This document shows positions 10,440 through 19,733 of a stretch of DNA of 64,000 bases, piece after piece. Within the stretch, counting starts at the first letter, position 1. Each line of letters opens with the position of its first letter. Where the stretch lies: assembly GCA_000004985.1 (NCBI GenBank), contig GG738860.1. One strand, 5' to 3'. The position numbers and the translations under genes are program-made. Under the pieces are notes generated by a model. The model did not search any database and had not been told where the DNA came from. It saw nothing but the letters and a program-made list of their open reading frames with translations. Origin of the DNA: Naegleria gruberi. Lineage: Eukaryota.

Positions 10440-11392
10440 CTGATATTTAGCCTATTGGCAATAGTGAACTTTAATCTTTCTAACTATGTTAATTGAGTAA
10501 TTAGGAATGATTCTCACATTGTAGGTGTCGCAAATGTTGTTTGTATTCAACTGAAATCCAATATGAAAAATCTTCGCTTTCAACCACTCAATGACCATTT
10601 ACAGCTTTGCCTTTTATTTTTGAACTTTGGATGGTTGCTCTATGAGAGCTCTTTTCTGTTGTTTTTCTTCCATAACATTGAGATAATGATTTAATGATTC
10701 AAAAAATAGATCATCATTTGGTCTCTCGGCTTCTTTTTGATTCCTCTTTCTATTAGTAGATCCTTAAACAGTCTATGATAAGTATCTTGTCTGTTTCTTG
10801 ATGGATGAGTAAAAGAAGTCTGCTTCTAACAGTCCCAATAGGTATATCTAGATTTGTTTTCTTCCTCAACTCAACCATGAATGAGACACTCAAATAAGAA
10901 CGTTTCTTTTCAACATCAAATCGACATCAATAAGCATGTACCATTCCAGTGAATTAATACACTTCATGTGCGATACCAGAAGCATGCTTCCCAACTTTTA
11001 CAAAATCTGACAGGTGTAACTGAACAAAAATTTGGATCCCTTAATGTAAAATACTCTGTATCCACATGTTGAAAAACAATTTCCTTGTTAGATTCAATAT
11101 TAAAGGTTTTACCATCTGGAAATTCATTTAAAACTCACTGATTGCAATCATTAAGATTTTCCAATCTGAAGTCATTGAATATTTGATTGTCCAAATTGAT
11201 AATTTCAGTACCACACTTTTCACAGAACACAACTCTCCAAGATTCTTTGCAATTCCATATCTTACTAGAACTGATATCATTTTTTTCAACAAATTTAAAA
11301 CAAGAGGGAACAATAGACTTATTTTCTCTCTTTTTAATTGCACACTTCATAAGCTCCAACAATTTCAAGTATAATCTGGATTTCAGCAGCAT
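10440..11392 (-). pseudogene. Possible decayed gene or gene remnant: an 85-aa ORF followed by in-frame TGAs and frame shifts.
   Basis: The ORF 11392..11135 (MLLKSRLYLKLLELMKCAI...) reads through a TGA into a further ~65 codons (VLNEFPDGKTFNIESNKEIVFQHVDTEYFTLRDPNFCSVTPVRFCKSWEAC). That stretch then breaks again by a stop and a frame change. No clean GT-AG intron rescues it. Confidence 0.3.
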
Positions 11393-11414
11393 GTAAAATC
11401 AATCATAAAAAAAA

Positions 11415-12728
11415 ATGAGCAAACAATCAGAAGGACAAATTGATCATCACGAAAATCACAGAGATTCAGTTCTAATACTTCTCGATCATGATCCAAATAA
11501 TTATCTGAATCAAATGCTAAACGAAACCATGACCGCCAACAAACACTACACTCTCGGAAAGTTTAACTATTTATTTGAGATGAGTTTTTCAATGCGATAT
11601 CAACCAATTCCTATAGAATTTGCATTGGATAGAGAAGTGGTGTGCACTTATTTACATTTAAATTTATTTGGATTTTTGCAACAGAGAACAAAGGTTAGAG
11701 AATGGAATGCCAAGTCAATCATGTTGGAATTGGTCAAGTTTCATGGATTGCAATTGATGAATGTTGGAATGGAATTGAGAGATGATAGGGATATTGTGAT
11801 GGAGGCTGTCAAGAATTGTCCATTTGCTATAAAACATGCTTCGGAAAGGTTGCAGAATGATAGAGAAATTGTTTGCATTGCCATGAAACAAGATCCACTT
11901 ATTTATGAATATATTGGACATGACGCAAAGCACGATCCACAGTTTATAGAGATGGTACTGAGTAAGGATGGATTGTCATTGAATTTGGTACCTGGAAGTT
12001 TGAGTGTTAATGATCCAAATTTTGTGAATTATGTGAAAATTGCTATTCGACAGAATCCATGTGCTATATTGCTTGCCCCAGACCATATTCAACAAGATGG
12101 AGAAATATTTATGGATTGTTTGAGAAGAAATCCCTTATTGGTTGTTTTGATTTCAGATTCGAATATGAGCATCGACAAGAAAACTGCCATTTATTTAGTG
12201 AGTCAAGATGAGAGAACTTATCAATTCCTGCCCGAGACATTGAAACAAGATCAAGATGTAGTTATAGCCATGTTAAAAAAGAATATCAATGCAGTAGATC
12301 TGCTCGGACAAGACAACATGTCCAATGAGGAACTAATGATTCCAGTTTTGAAAATATTTCCACAATGTTTCAATCTTCTGCCATTCAACTTGAAAGTAAG
12401 AGATACAATCATTGAAGCAACACATAGTGGAGATGATAGTGAATTTTCAGAATATGACATTGAACACGAAGAATTTGCTGCACTATATTTGGAAAAGAGC
12501 AAAGTTAAATCATGGCTCTCCACTAGAAAAAATGTAGCCACATCAACTCAAGTTAATACCACAGAAATCTCCATAACAACGCCTTATAAGGAAAATGCAA
12601 GACTTATCATGCATTTTGGAAATTCCTATTTTCGAAATAGAGTAGTAAACCTCAATAATACTAAGTATACATCAAATCCAGAATCAAAATTTGGAAGATT
12701 TCCCATTAAAGTTGATACCATTGAATAA
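11415..12728 (+). CDS. DUF4116-like repeat protein. It carries tandem ~35-aa repeats of the type DREIVMEAVKNCPFAIKHASERLQNDREIV.
   Basis: 437-aa intronless ORF. Its internal repeats have a conserved ...A(L/I)K.A.E.L.ND.E... periodicity shared with the 17301-19682 gene. Confidence 0.7.
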   Translation: MSKQSEGQIDHHENHRDSVLILLDHDPNNYLNQMLNETMTANKHYTLGKFNYLFEMSFSMRYQPIPIEFALDREVVCTYLHLNLFGFLQQRTKVREWNAKSIMLELVKFHGLQLMNVGMELRDDRDIVMEAVKNCPFAIKHASERLQNDREIVCIAMKQDPLIYEYIGHDAKHDPQFIEMVLSKDGLSLNLVPGSLSVNDPNFVNYVKIAIRQNPCAILLAPDHIQQDGEIFMDCLRRNPLLVVLISDSNMSIDKKTAIYLVSQDERTYQFLPETLKQDQDVVIAMLKKNINAVDLLGQDNMSNEELMIPVLKIFPQCFNLLPFNLKVRDTIIEATHSGDDSEFSEYDIEHEEFAALYLEKSKVKSWLSTRKNVATSTQVNTTEISITTPYKENARLIMHFGNSYFRNRVVNLNNTKYTSNPESKFGRFPIKVDTIE

Positions 12729-12830
12729 ATGGATCATTAAGATCGATTACGATACTTGATTACCTACTAGAAAATTAGGAGGTTAATTGTATTTCAAGTC
12801 CTGATGTATATATTAAGGAATGTTGTTAAT

Positions 12831-14246
12831 TTATTGGAAAAATCTAAAATGTTTTCTACCAGTAATGCCCAACAAGTGAGCTGCTTCGGCAGTTGTCACG
12901 ACAGGGGAAGGATTGACCATTGTTATCCTAGAGTTACGTCTTACAGGAGCTTCAGAAGCTTCATGTGGATCAATGTCCATTGAGGGTGAAATGGCATGAT
13001 TTTGGTCCTCATCATCAATGTCCAAATCTCCGTGCAAAAGTCTACGTCTGGCAACAAAGTCATCGCCAGATGTATCTTCTGTTCTCTCTGATTTACTCTC
13101 ATCTACCTTGCTTCCATCCATTTTTCTCATTCCTCTATAACACAACCAAAAGACAGCAAGGAGTAAGAGGGCAGAACCTCCAATCACACTGAAAACCATT
13201 GTAATACCTCCCAAAACTACTAACAAGAGCAAAAATCCAGTCCAAGTACCAGGTGACTCAAAAACAAACACCTGTGAAGTTTCATTACAAAATGCCTTTC
13301 TTCTCAAAATGTCTGAACAAGTCTTGTTAGGATTAAGTTGCATACTTAAAACAAGATCAGCAGTGGAGATTGGAAAATCCTTAATTACAAAATTGTTATT
13401 CCATTGGAATTGATTGAAATAGAAACAAATTTGTTCCAGTGAGAAAAGTTTGTAATATTCCACAGTTGGATTTCCCTCCTTCTCGCTTGAATTTGAGACA
13501 AAGAAATCAAACGAACCAATGAAAATATAATCCAAAATTGTTTCACCAAACCCATTATCTTGAACTTGGGAAAGAGCAGTTGATTTGTACTTTGATGTGG
13601 CTTTCATACTTGACAAGGAAGTAATATTGTGAAATCTCAATTTGCCAAATCTCCATTCCTTGTGATAAACACTGTGATGGTCACCTAGATGGCCACTAGG
13701 ATAAAGCATATAATCAATAACAATTGTAGATCCATCAATGACATTAAGAGAAGAAAAGCTTGATGTTTGAATCAGTGAACTAGATTGATCAATACCTTCC
13801 GACCTAACGGGACAATGTCCAAAATTCCATGAATTTCCATCATGCCTCTTTGAAGGATTTCTCAAATATAAATGTTGAAAGAAGTGACCATATGTAAGAT
13901 TAGATCCTGTAAAATCACCAATCCATTCCCCATCCTTTTGAAATATTGATTGATTATCATCACCTAATAATTCTTTTCCTATAGAACTCTCTATAGAATT
14001 TTTAGAATAATAATATCCGAGTGTTTTCTCTATGAATGATAATTTTGAATTAATTAATATTGGTACATCTGATGAAAAGGCATTATACAATAATATTGAT
14101 GATAATATTCCTAGTAATAATGTAACAGAAAATAGAGTAGCAAATATACGGTAGAAGGTTGTTTTTGAACATTTTGTTGATGAAGTATTATGATGATCAT
14201 CCACAATATTATTGTTATTATTTGATGTTATTGTTGTATCCATCAT
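12831..14246 (-). CDS. Hypothetical membrane protein with an N-terminal signal anchor, a large luminal domain and a TM segment before a charged C-terminal tail.
   Basis: 471-aa ORF with two strong hydrophobic segments (FATLFSVTLLLGILSSILLY; GFLLLLVVLGGITMVFSVIGGSALLLLAVFWLCY). No confident family assignment. Confidence 0.55.
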   Translation of the reverse strand: MMDTTITSNNNNNIVDDHHNTSSTKCSKTTFYRIFATLFSVTLLLGILSSILLYNAFSSDVPILINSKLSFIEKTLGYYYSKNSIESSIGKELLGDDNQSIFQKDGEWIGDFTGSNLTYGHFFQHLYLRNPSKRHDGNSWNFGHCPVRSEGIDQSSSLIQTSSFSSLNVIDGSTIVIDYMLYPSGHLGDHHSVYHKEWRFGKLRFHNITSLSSMKATSKYKSTALSQVQDNGFGETILDYIFIGSFDFFVSNSSEKEGNPTVEYYKLFSLEQICFYFNQFQWNNNFVIKDFPISTADLVLSMQLNPNKTCSDILRRKAFCNETSQVFVFESPGTWTGFLLLLVVLGGITMVFSVIGGSALLLLAVFWLCYRGMRKMDGSKVDESKSERTEDTSGDDFVARRRLLHGDLDIDDEDQNHAISPSMDIDPHEASEAPVRRNSRITMVNPSPVVTTAEAAHLLGITGRKHFRFFQ

Positions 14247-14648
14247 CGTGTTATATATAATTAAATATTGATATTGTACAGGGCGTATATTGTTGTGTAT
14301 GATGAAAAATCACCAAATTAAAGTACAATAGTGATACAGAAAATTCAGAAAATAATATGTGTGTGTAAGCTACTCCGTTGCAACAATACAGTTTGAAAAC
14401 TCTCAATTCTCTACTAGGATGACTGTTTCTAGGATATAAATCGGAGTAGGAACGATAATGGTGCTCTCAAATTTTTTGCTTTCTGCGCAAGTTCAAGTTT
14501 ATTAATAAAAAATCTTTTCATCACGATTTTATTATCATGTCAGAATTATTGCATAGAAGTATGGATGTGTTATTCGTGATGGATGGTTATTATGTGGATT
14601 ACAATTGCTTGAAAAACAATAATAAATATAAATAATTAAAAGGTGCAA

Positions 14649-15292
14649 ATGATGAACAATTATAACGGAAAAGAAAAAGGCGCCAAGTTAAAGTTTCAAA
14701 AAAAAATGCCTAGAAGAAAGTCTGCTGGAACTGCTGTCGGATCTGGAAGTGCATCATCGGGGGTAACGTCTTTTTTTTCTACTCCAGAATATCTCATAAT
14801 TCCACCATCTGTGGATCATCACACATTATTGGAACAATCTAGGAGAGGTGATTTAAATTCAGTAAAAAGTCTTCTTCAAAATAATCCTAGTTTGAGTGTT
14901 AATTATGGAGATGGAAGATTTGTATATGTATGTTAAAATTATTTTGGATTAAAAATTAATTGGAAAAATAGTACGGAATGACACCTTTAATGTGGGCTTG
15001 TGATAGTGGACATGTTCATATAGTTAATTATTTACTTTCAGTTCCAGGAATTGAAATTAATCGTGTTGATGAAATTGTAAGTTTTTCCTCATGAGTTCAA
15101 CAATTGATGAAATTGTAAATTTAGACTGGACGAACTGCTTTGCATTATGCTGCCATTAGAAATTATAAGGAAATTTGTGAAGTATTATTGAGACATGGAG
15201 CAGACAAGAATATTAAAACTTCTCTAGGAAGTGATGCTGAAGAAATGGCAATTGCAAGAGGTCAAATTGAAGCTGCCAGTGCATTCAAATAA
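14649..15292 (+). CDS. Ankyrin-repeat protein with three exons: join(14649..14921 or 14927, 14972..15076, 15125..15292).
   Basis: Exon 2 (YGMTPLMWACDSGHVHIVNYLLSVPGIEINRVDEI) and exon 3 (TGRTALHYAAIRNYKEICEVLLRHGADKNIK...) are canonical ANK repeats. Introns are GTATAT or GTATGT...AATAG (44-50 nt) and GTAAGT...TTTAG (48 nt). The first donor is ambiguous between two in-phase GT sites. The upstream in-frame GTG at 14643 is not taken as the start. Confidence 0.7.
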
Positions 15293-15474
15293 TGTAGATG
15301 AACCCCTAAAACTAGTGAATATATTCTCACATCTAATTTATAAATAATTACAAAATAAACAGAAATACCAATTCTAATAAGGATTGTTTATATTTTACAG
15401 GGTTATCAGAAGCAAATATATTTGAGGAAATTGAATGTTAATGCAATGATCAGAATAGGAAATGAAAATGCTGC

Positions 15475-15747
15475 TTATATTTTCTGTTCTCGGAATGGAT
15501 CTTTTTCAGTTGGATAATCTGTTATAGGATTTGTAGTAATATTTGTAAAGGTATTTGCAAAAACACGTTTACAAAAAGGACAAGTTAAACCTTCCAAAAC
15601 ATTTCCTTGGAATTCTTTCAAATAAGTTGATTTGTGACAATTAGGACATTCACAATTAACAAGATTACCAGCAGCAGAATGTTCCAAAGAATCAACAGTC
15701 AATACTACCAAATCTTTAACAAAATCTCCTGCAGTCAAATCAGACAT
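15475..15747 (-). CDS. Small zinc-ribbon-like protein.
   Basis: 90-aa ORF with two Cys pairs (CECPNC ... CPFC) spaced as in a zinc ribbon. Confidence 0.4.
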   Translation of the reverse strand: MSDLTAGDFVKDLVVLTVDSLEHSAAGNLVNCECPNCHKSTYLKEFQGNVLEGLTCPFCKRVFANTFTNITTNPITDYPTEKDPFREQKI

Positions 15748-15821
15748 TTTTTATAGTTAACTCTCTCTATTCAATAGACTTTCCAATTTCTACAATTATC
15801 TAAATTTGTACACACCACAAT

Positions 15822-16130
15822 TTACTTTTCCTCTTCTTCTGGTAGCACAAAATCAACCGAGTCTTTAAAATTCAAAGCTTGTGACATTAATTTTGGTGAT
15901 AATACATCCACAGGTTCCGAATGATTATGATGAGTATTATTATTCTGTTCAATAGTACTATTATTAATCATTAGTGATGAATTATTATTATTATTTTGAT
16001 CGGAATGATGAGGTGAGAGTGGAGAGAGAGGTGATGTATCTTGCAAACCCTCCACTGCTTCAACTGCTGGATGTGGAGTGATAATTGGATTGAGTGGTGT
16101 TCGACGTGATAAAGACATTTTTTCTATCAA
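15822..16130 (-). CDS. Hypothetical N/S-rich small protein.
   Basis: 102-aa ORF only. Composition is low-complexity. Confidence 0.3.
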   Translation of the reverse strand: MIEKMSLSRRTPLNPIITPHPAVEAVEGLQDTSPLSPLSPHHSDQNNNNNSSLMINNSTIEQNNNTHHNHSEPVDVLSPKLMSQALNFKDSVDFVLPEEEEK

Positions 16131-16303
16131 TTTTGAGAACCAAATATTGATTGGAACTAAATTGTGCGAATTACAATGAAATTGATGAGATCTATTTAAA
16201 TCAATTTGAAAGGTGGTAGTTGTGCTGAGAGAGAGATAATGTATGTGAATGAAAATGTTGTTAATTTTTATTTAGAGTTGGAGATTAGTTTCTAATAATA
16301 TGA

Positions 16304-17017
16304 CTATTTGACTGTTCGTTTGGAAGAAGAATTAAGGTCTGGAGAGGAATATCCTTTTTCATTCCTACATATCTGTTCCACATTTTGCTCATTGAATTGA
16401 CAAATTCTCTTTCGTTTCTTTGTTTTTAAATCATTTCCATGCATCATTTTCTTAATTTCCATTGACAATGATGAAGATTTTTCACTATTTTCCATCGTGC
16501 CACCATTTGGTAAAGAATATTGTGTGGAAATGTTAGGAATGAATGGATTGGAGCTTTGCAAAGTGGAAGTGGTGATGGGAGTGTAATGTTTGTTTAACAA
16601 ATCTTCAATGCTTGAAGAAGAAACATTTGAAGAAAGTGGAAGAAAGCCCAGAGGTAAAGTTAGTGGAGAATCAGAGAAGGGTGATGATTGGTTGGTGATT
16701 GATTGGAAATCTACTTGTTGCTCATCTCTATTCTGTGTTGAAACATGATCACCACAATTATTAATATGAACGAAACTCTTCTCTTGTTGATCAAGTGTTG
16801 GTGATGACGATGTGAACTTTAAGGCCAATTGTTGTTGTGGTGAAGATCGGGTGATAGAACTCTTCATTGTTGAAGTAGAATACATGGAAAATATTGAAGT
16901 CTTATTTTTCTTACGAAGGCTTGGATTGTTTCGTATTTGATTAAGATTAGACGAATCATTGGCGTGTGAAGGCTTGAGGGATGACATATTTTTTTTTGAG
17001 GAAAAGTTGTAGAGCAA
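16304..17017 (-). CDS. Hypothetical S/N/Q-rich protein with a basic C-terminus (KKRKR).
   Basis: 237-aa ORF. Low-complexity with a possible nuclear-localisation-like basic patch. Confidence 0.4.
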   Translation of the reverse strand: MLYNFSSKKNMSSLKPSHANDSSNLNQIRNNPSLRKKNKTSIFSMYSTSTMKSSITRSSPQQQLALKFTSSSPTLDQQEKSFVHINNCGDHVSTQNRDEQQVDFQSITNQSSPFSDSPLTLPLGFLPLSSNVSSSSIEDLLNKHYTPITTSTLQSSNPFIPNISTQYSLPNGGTMENSEKSSSLSMEIKKMMHGNDLKTKKRKRICQFNEQNVEQICRNEKGYSSPDLNSSSKRTVK

Positions 17018-17300
17018 CTGTGTGGGATATTTAAGCCTTTGAAGTTAATCACATTGTTGCAGCAATCTGTCAGCGTTCAAAGTATCCTTGATTCCGTAGA
17101 CAAGCACCATTGTAAAGATAAAAGCAACTAATTTTTCCCGCCAAAAAGAAAAAGTTCACTTTCCCAATAAGCAAGATTTCATTGCTTCACTTGAAGATGC
17201 AATTTTTTGGTTGTATCAATAACAATTGCTGTTATGCGCTTTACAATAAAATTGTATTTTGATAGAATTGGAACTCTTATGAACAATTCCATTTAAAAAA

Positions 17301-19682
17301 ATGATTAGACACCTTCTGCATGGATGTAGGAATCGCCTTCTCACACCTAAAAGCAATATCTTCTTTTCTCTTCCGAAAGTAAATTCTTGTAGAAGAAACC
17401 TTTCTTCCATAATTGACAATCCAGAATATTTGAAAATGGCTACCACTGAAAATTCACTTGAATTTTTGCAACATTCAGATAAAATCGACATTGATCGTGA
17501 ATTATTAAAAGCTGCTCTTATGGGTCATGGAGAGAATTTGAAATTCTGCCCTTTCGAATATAGAAATGATATTGAATTGGTAATGTTGGCTGTGCAAAAT
17601 AATCGATTTGAGATTGCTTTAGAATTTGCCTCTGAAGAAATGAAGGATAATGAACAAGTAGTTGAGGAATCAATGAAAGGTGTTCCAAGTAGTTTCAGAT
17701 TTGCATCTGAAAGGATTCGAAATCAGAAAGAATTTGCATTGAAGGCAATTTCATATTTGCCATCAAATATATTCTATCTTTCGGAAAGATTACAAAATGA
17801 TTGGGATATTATTGAGAAAACTTTAGAATTGGATGGTGAATTAATTCTTTCTCTTCAATTTAGAAGAGAAGAAATGATGCAAAATAAGGAAATACTTTTA
17901 AAAATATTGAAATCGTGTTCCTTGTATTGCAGGAGATGTATTTTCAGATATTTGAAGAGTACTGATTCTGCCTTATTGAAAGATCAAGTAGTTTTGCAAA
18001 ATTTCGTACTTCCAAAGATATTAACTGATGGGTGGAATGTTAAAAATATTGACACTGGAAAAGAGGATGTTAAAATGGTTGTTGAAACTGGTAATTTGAA
18101 AATTGATGGTCCACTAATTCTCAAACAATTAGAGTTATTCAAATATGCACCCTTAGAAATACGATCTGATATTGAACTGGTTAAAAAATTTGTTTCAAAA
18201 AGAGGTGAATTGTTAGAGTTTGTTGATGAACCGCTTAAGGATGATTACAATGTGGTTTTACGTGCCGTTTGTTCTACTTATAATGCTCTCCGGTTTGCTA
18301 GTGAGAGGTTGAAAAACAACCAAGCAATTTGTCTTGCAGCAATGAAAGCCAATCCAAAACAGTTCATCCATGTGTCAGATAGCATAAAATCAAACAGAGA
18401 GTTCATTCTCGATTTATTAGATGACTGTGGAAATATTTTCCTTTTTAGGGGAGATTATTTTGGATCCATATTTGAGTATATGGACGACAAACTCAAATCA
18501 GATTTGAGTTTTGTAAAAGAAGTTTTTGGAAAGAATATTAACTCTATCGTGAAATATATTTCAAACATTGATGGAGAATTATTTGAAAGGATTCTTCAAA
18601 GCTGTTCATTACATTACATTCCAAAATCAGTTAATATTCAAGCGTACCGAGGAAAAATTGTTGAATATTTGAGTAAATACCCCTATAGGTATTCTGATGT
18701 TGTGAGTCATTTTCCAGATGATAGAGAATTAGCTCTCAAATTTATTGAACTCTCACCTAATTGTTTCAGAAAGTTAAGCTATCGACTTCAAAATGATCCT
18801 GAAATTGCAGGCATAGTATTCTCAGGAACAGGTTTTATACATTTCAAAGAAGATATGGACAGGGGATTAATTATTAAAAAGCTGAAGGAGAATGCCTACA
18901 GTTTGTGGTCATTGCCAGAAAAATATCACCAAGATAGAGAAATTGTTTTAAATGCAGTGAAAAAGGGAGGCAGCATTGCTATAACAAAATACTTTAGAGA
19001 AGATAGAGAAATTGTGATGGAGGCCTTAAACAACACCAACTTTGATTTGAGTAGTATTTCTTCAAATCTGAGAAAAGATAAGGAGATTGTAATGAAAGCA
19101 ATTGAAAATAATTCTTATAATTTTTGCTATGCTGACAAGGTATTCAGGTCAGATAAGGAATTTATTATGAAACTATTTGATAATCCAAAGTTTGCACTAC
19201 ATAGTCCATGTATTTCTTCCTTGGACATCAAGTTGAGGGATGACAATGAAATTGCCTCAATGTTTCTGAAACGATGTCCATCACACTTTGTCTACTTGAG
19301 TGAGAGATTGAGAAATGACCCTTCCATTGCAATTCCTCTCATTCTTGATAATCCCTACTTGTTGCCTCATTCTCCATTGTTTAGCCAAGACAAAAAATTG
19401 AAATTGCAAATTGTTGAAAATGGTTATTTCTTTCATTTATTTACAGAATTCCATGAAGATCTAGATATTCTTCGAGTATTCTTCTCCAAATATCCAAAAG
19501 AAGCAGCTGAATTCTGCCAACATTACAATTCAGAAGAGTGGACCAAACACAAAGACCTTGTTGCACTAGTTTTAGCTCATTATCCCGATGCTTATTATAA
19601 AGCAAGCAAAGAGATTCAAAATGATCCAGAAATTATTCGGCTTTATAATAAGAGCAGGAAGTGCCTTGTACTGCTGCAATGA
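17301..19682 (+). CDS. Large DUF4116-like repeat protein with ~15 tandem repeats.
   Basis: 793-aa intronless ORF ending in TGA. It repeats units such as NDIELVMLAVQNNRFEIALEFASEEMKDNEQVV, DREIVLNAVKKGGSIAITKYFREDREIVMEAL and DKEIVMKAIENNSYNFCYADKVFRSDKEFI. It is paralogous in repeat type to 11415-12728. Confidence 0.75.
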   Translation: MIRHLLHGCRNRLLTPKSNIFFSLPKVNSCRRNLSSIIDNPEYLKMATTENSLEFLQHSDKIDIDRELLKAALMGHGENLKFCPFEYRNDIELVMLAVQNNRFEIALEFASEEMKDNEQVVEESMKGVPSSFRFASERIRNQKEFALKAISYLPSNIFYLSERLQNDWDIIEKTLELDGELILSLQFRREEMMQNKEILLKILKSCSLYCRRCIFRYLKSTDSALLKDQVVLQNFVLPKILTDGWNVKNIDTGKEDVKMVVETGNLKIDGPLILKQLELFKYAPLEIRSDIELVKKFVSKRGELLEFVDEPLKDDYNVVLRAVCSTYNALRFASERLKNNQAICLAAMKANPKQFIHVSDSIKSNREFILDLLDDCGNIFLFRGDYFGSIFEYMDDKLKSDLSFVKEVFGKNINSIVKYISNIDGELFERILQSCSLHYIPKSVNIQAYRGKIVEYLSKYPYRYSDVVSHFPDDRELALKFIELSPNCFRKLSYRLQNDPEIAGIVFSGTGFIHFKEDMDRGLIIKKLKENAYSLWSLPEKYHQDREIVLNAVKKGGSIAITKYFREDREIVMEALNNTNFDLSSISSNLRKDKEIVMKAIENNSYNFCYADKVFRSDKEFIMKLFDNPKFALHSPCISSLDIKLRDDNEIASMFLKRCPSHFVYLSERLRNDPSIAIPLILDNPYLLPHSPLFSQDKKLKLQIVENGYFFHLFTEFHEDLDILRVFFSKYPKEAAEFCQHYNSEEWTKHKDLVALVLAHYPDAYYKASKEIQNDPEIIRLYNKSRKCLVLLQ

Positions 19683-19733
19683 TTAAGCCACACCGAATAA
19701 ATAATATTTTTTATTAATATTTTATTTAAAAAA

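Noticed and set aside
11112-11137. A 23-nt GTGAGT...CCAG mini-intron that would remove the first in-frame TGA of the gene remnant.
   Set aside because: It is far shorter than every supported intron in this window (40-160 nt), and a second stop and a frame change follow anyway.
14643-14648. GTG-initiated ORF starts reported in the ORF track, as at 14643, 7646 and 35876.
   Set aside because: Eukaryotic nuclear genes start at ATG. These positions are either upstream in-frame codons, as at 14643, or exon-internal positions of spliced genes, as at 7646 and 35876.
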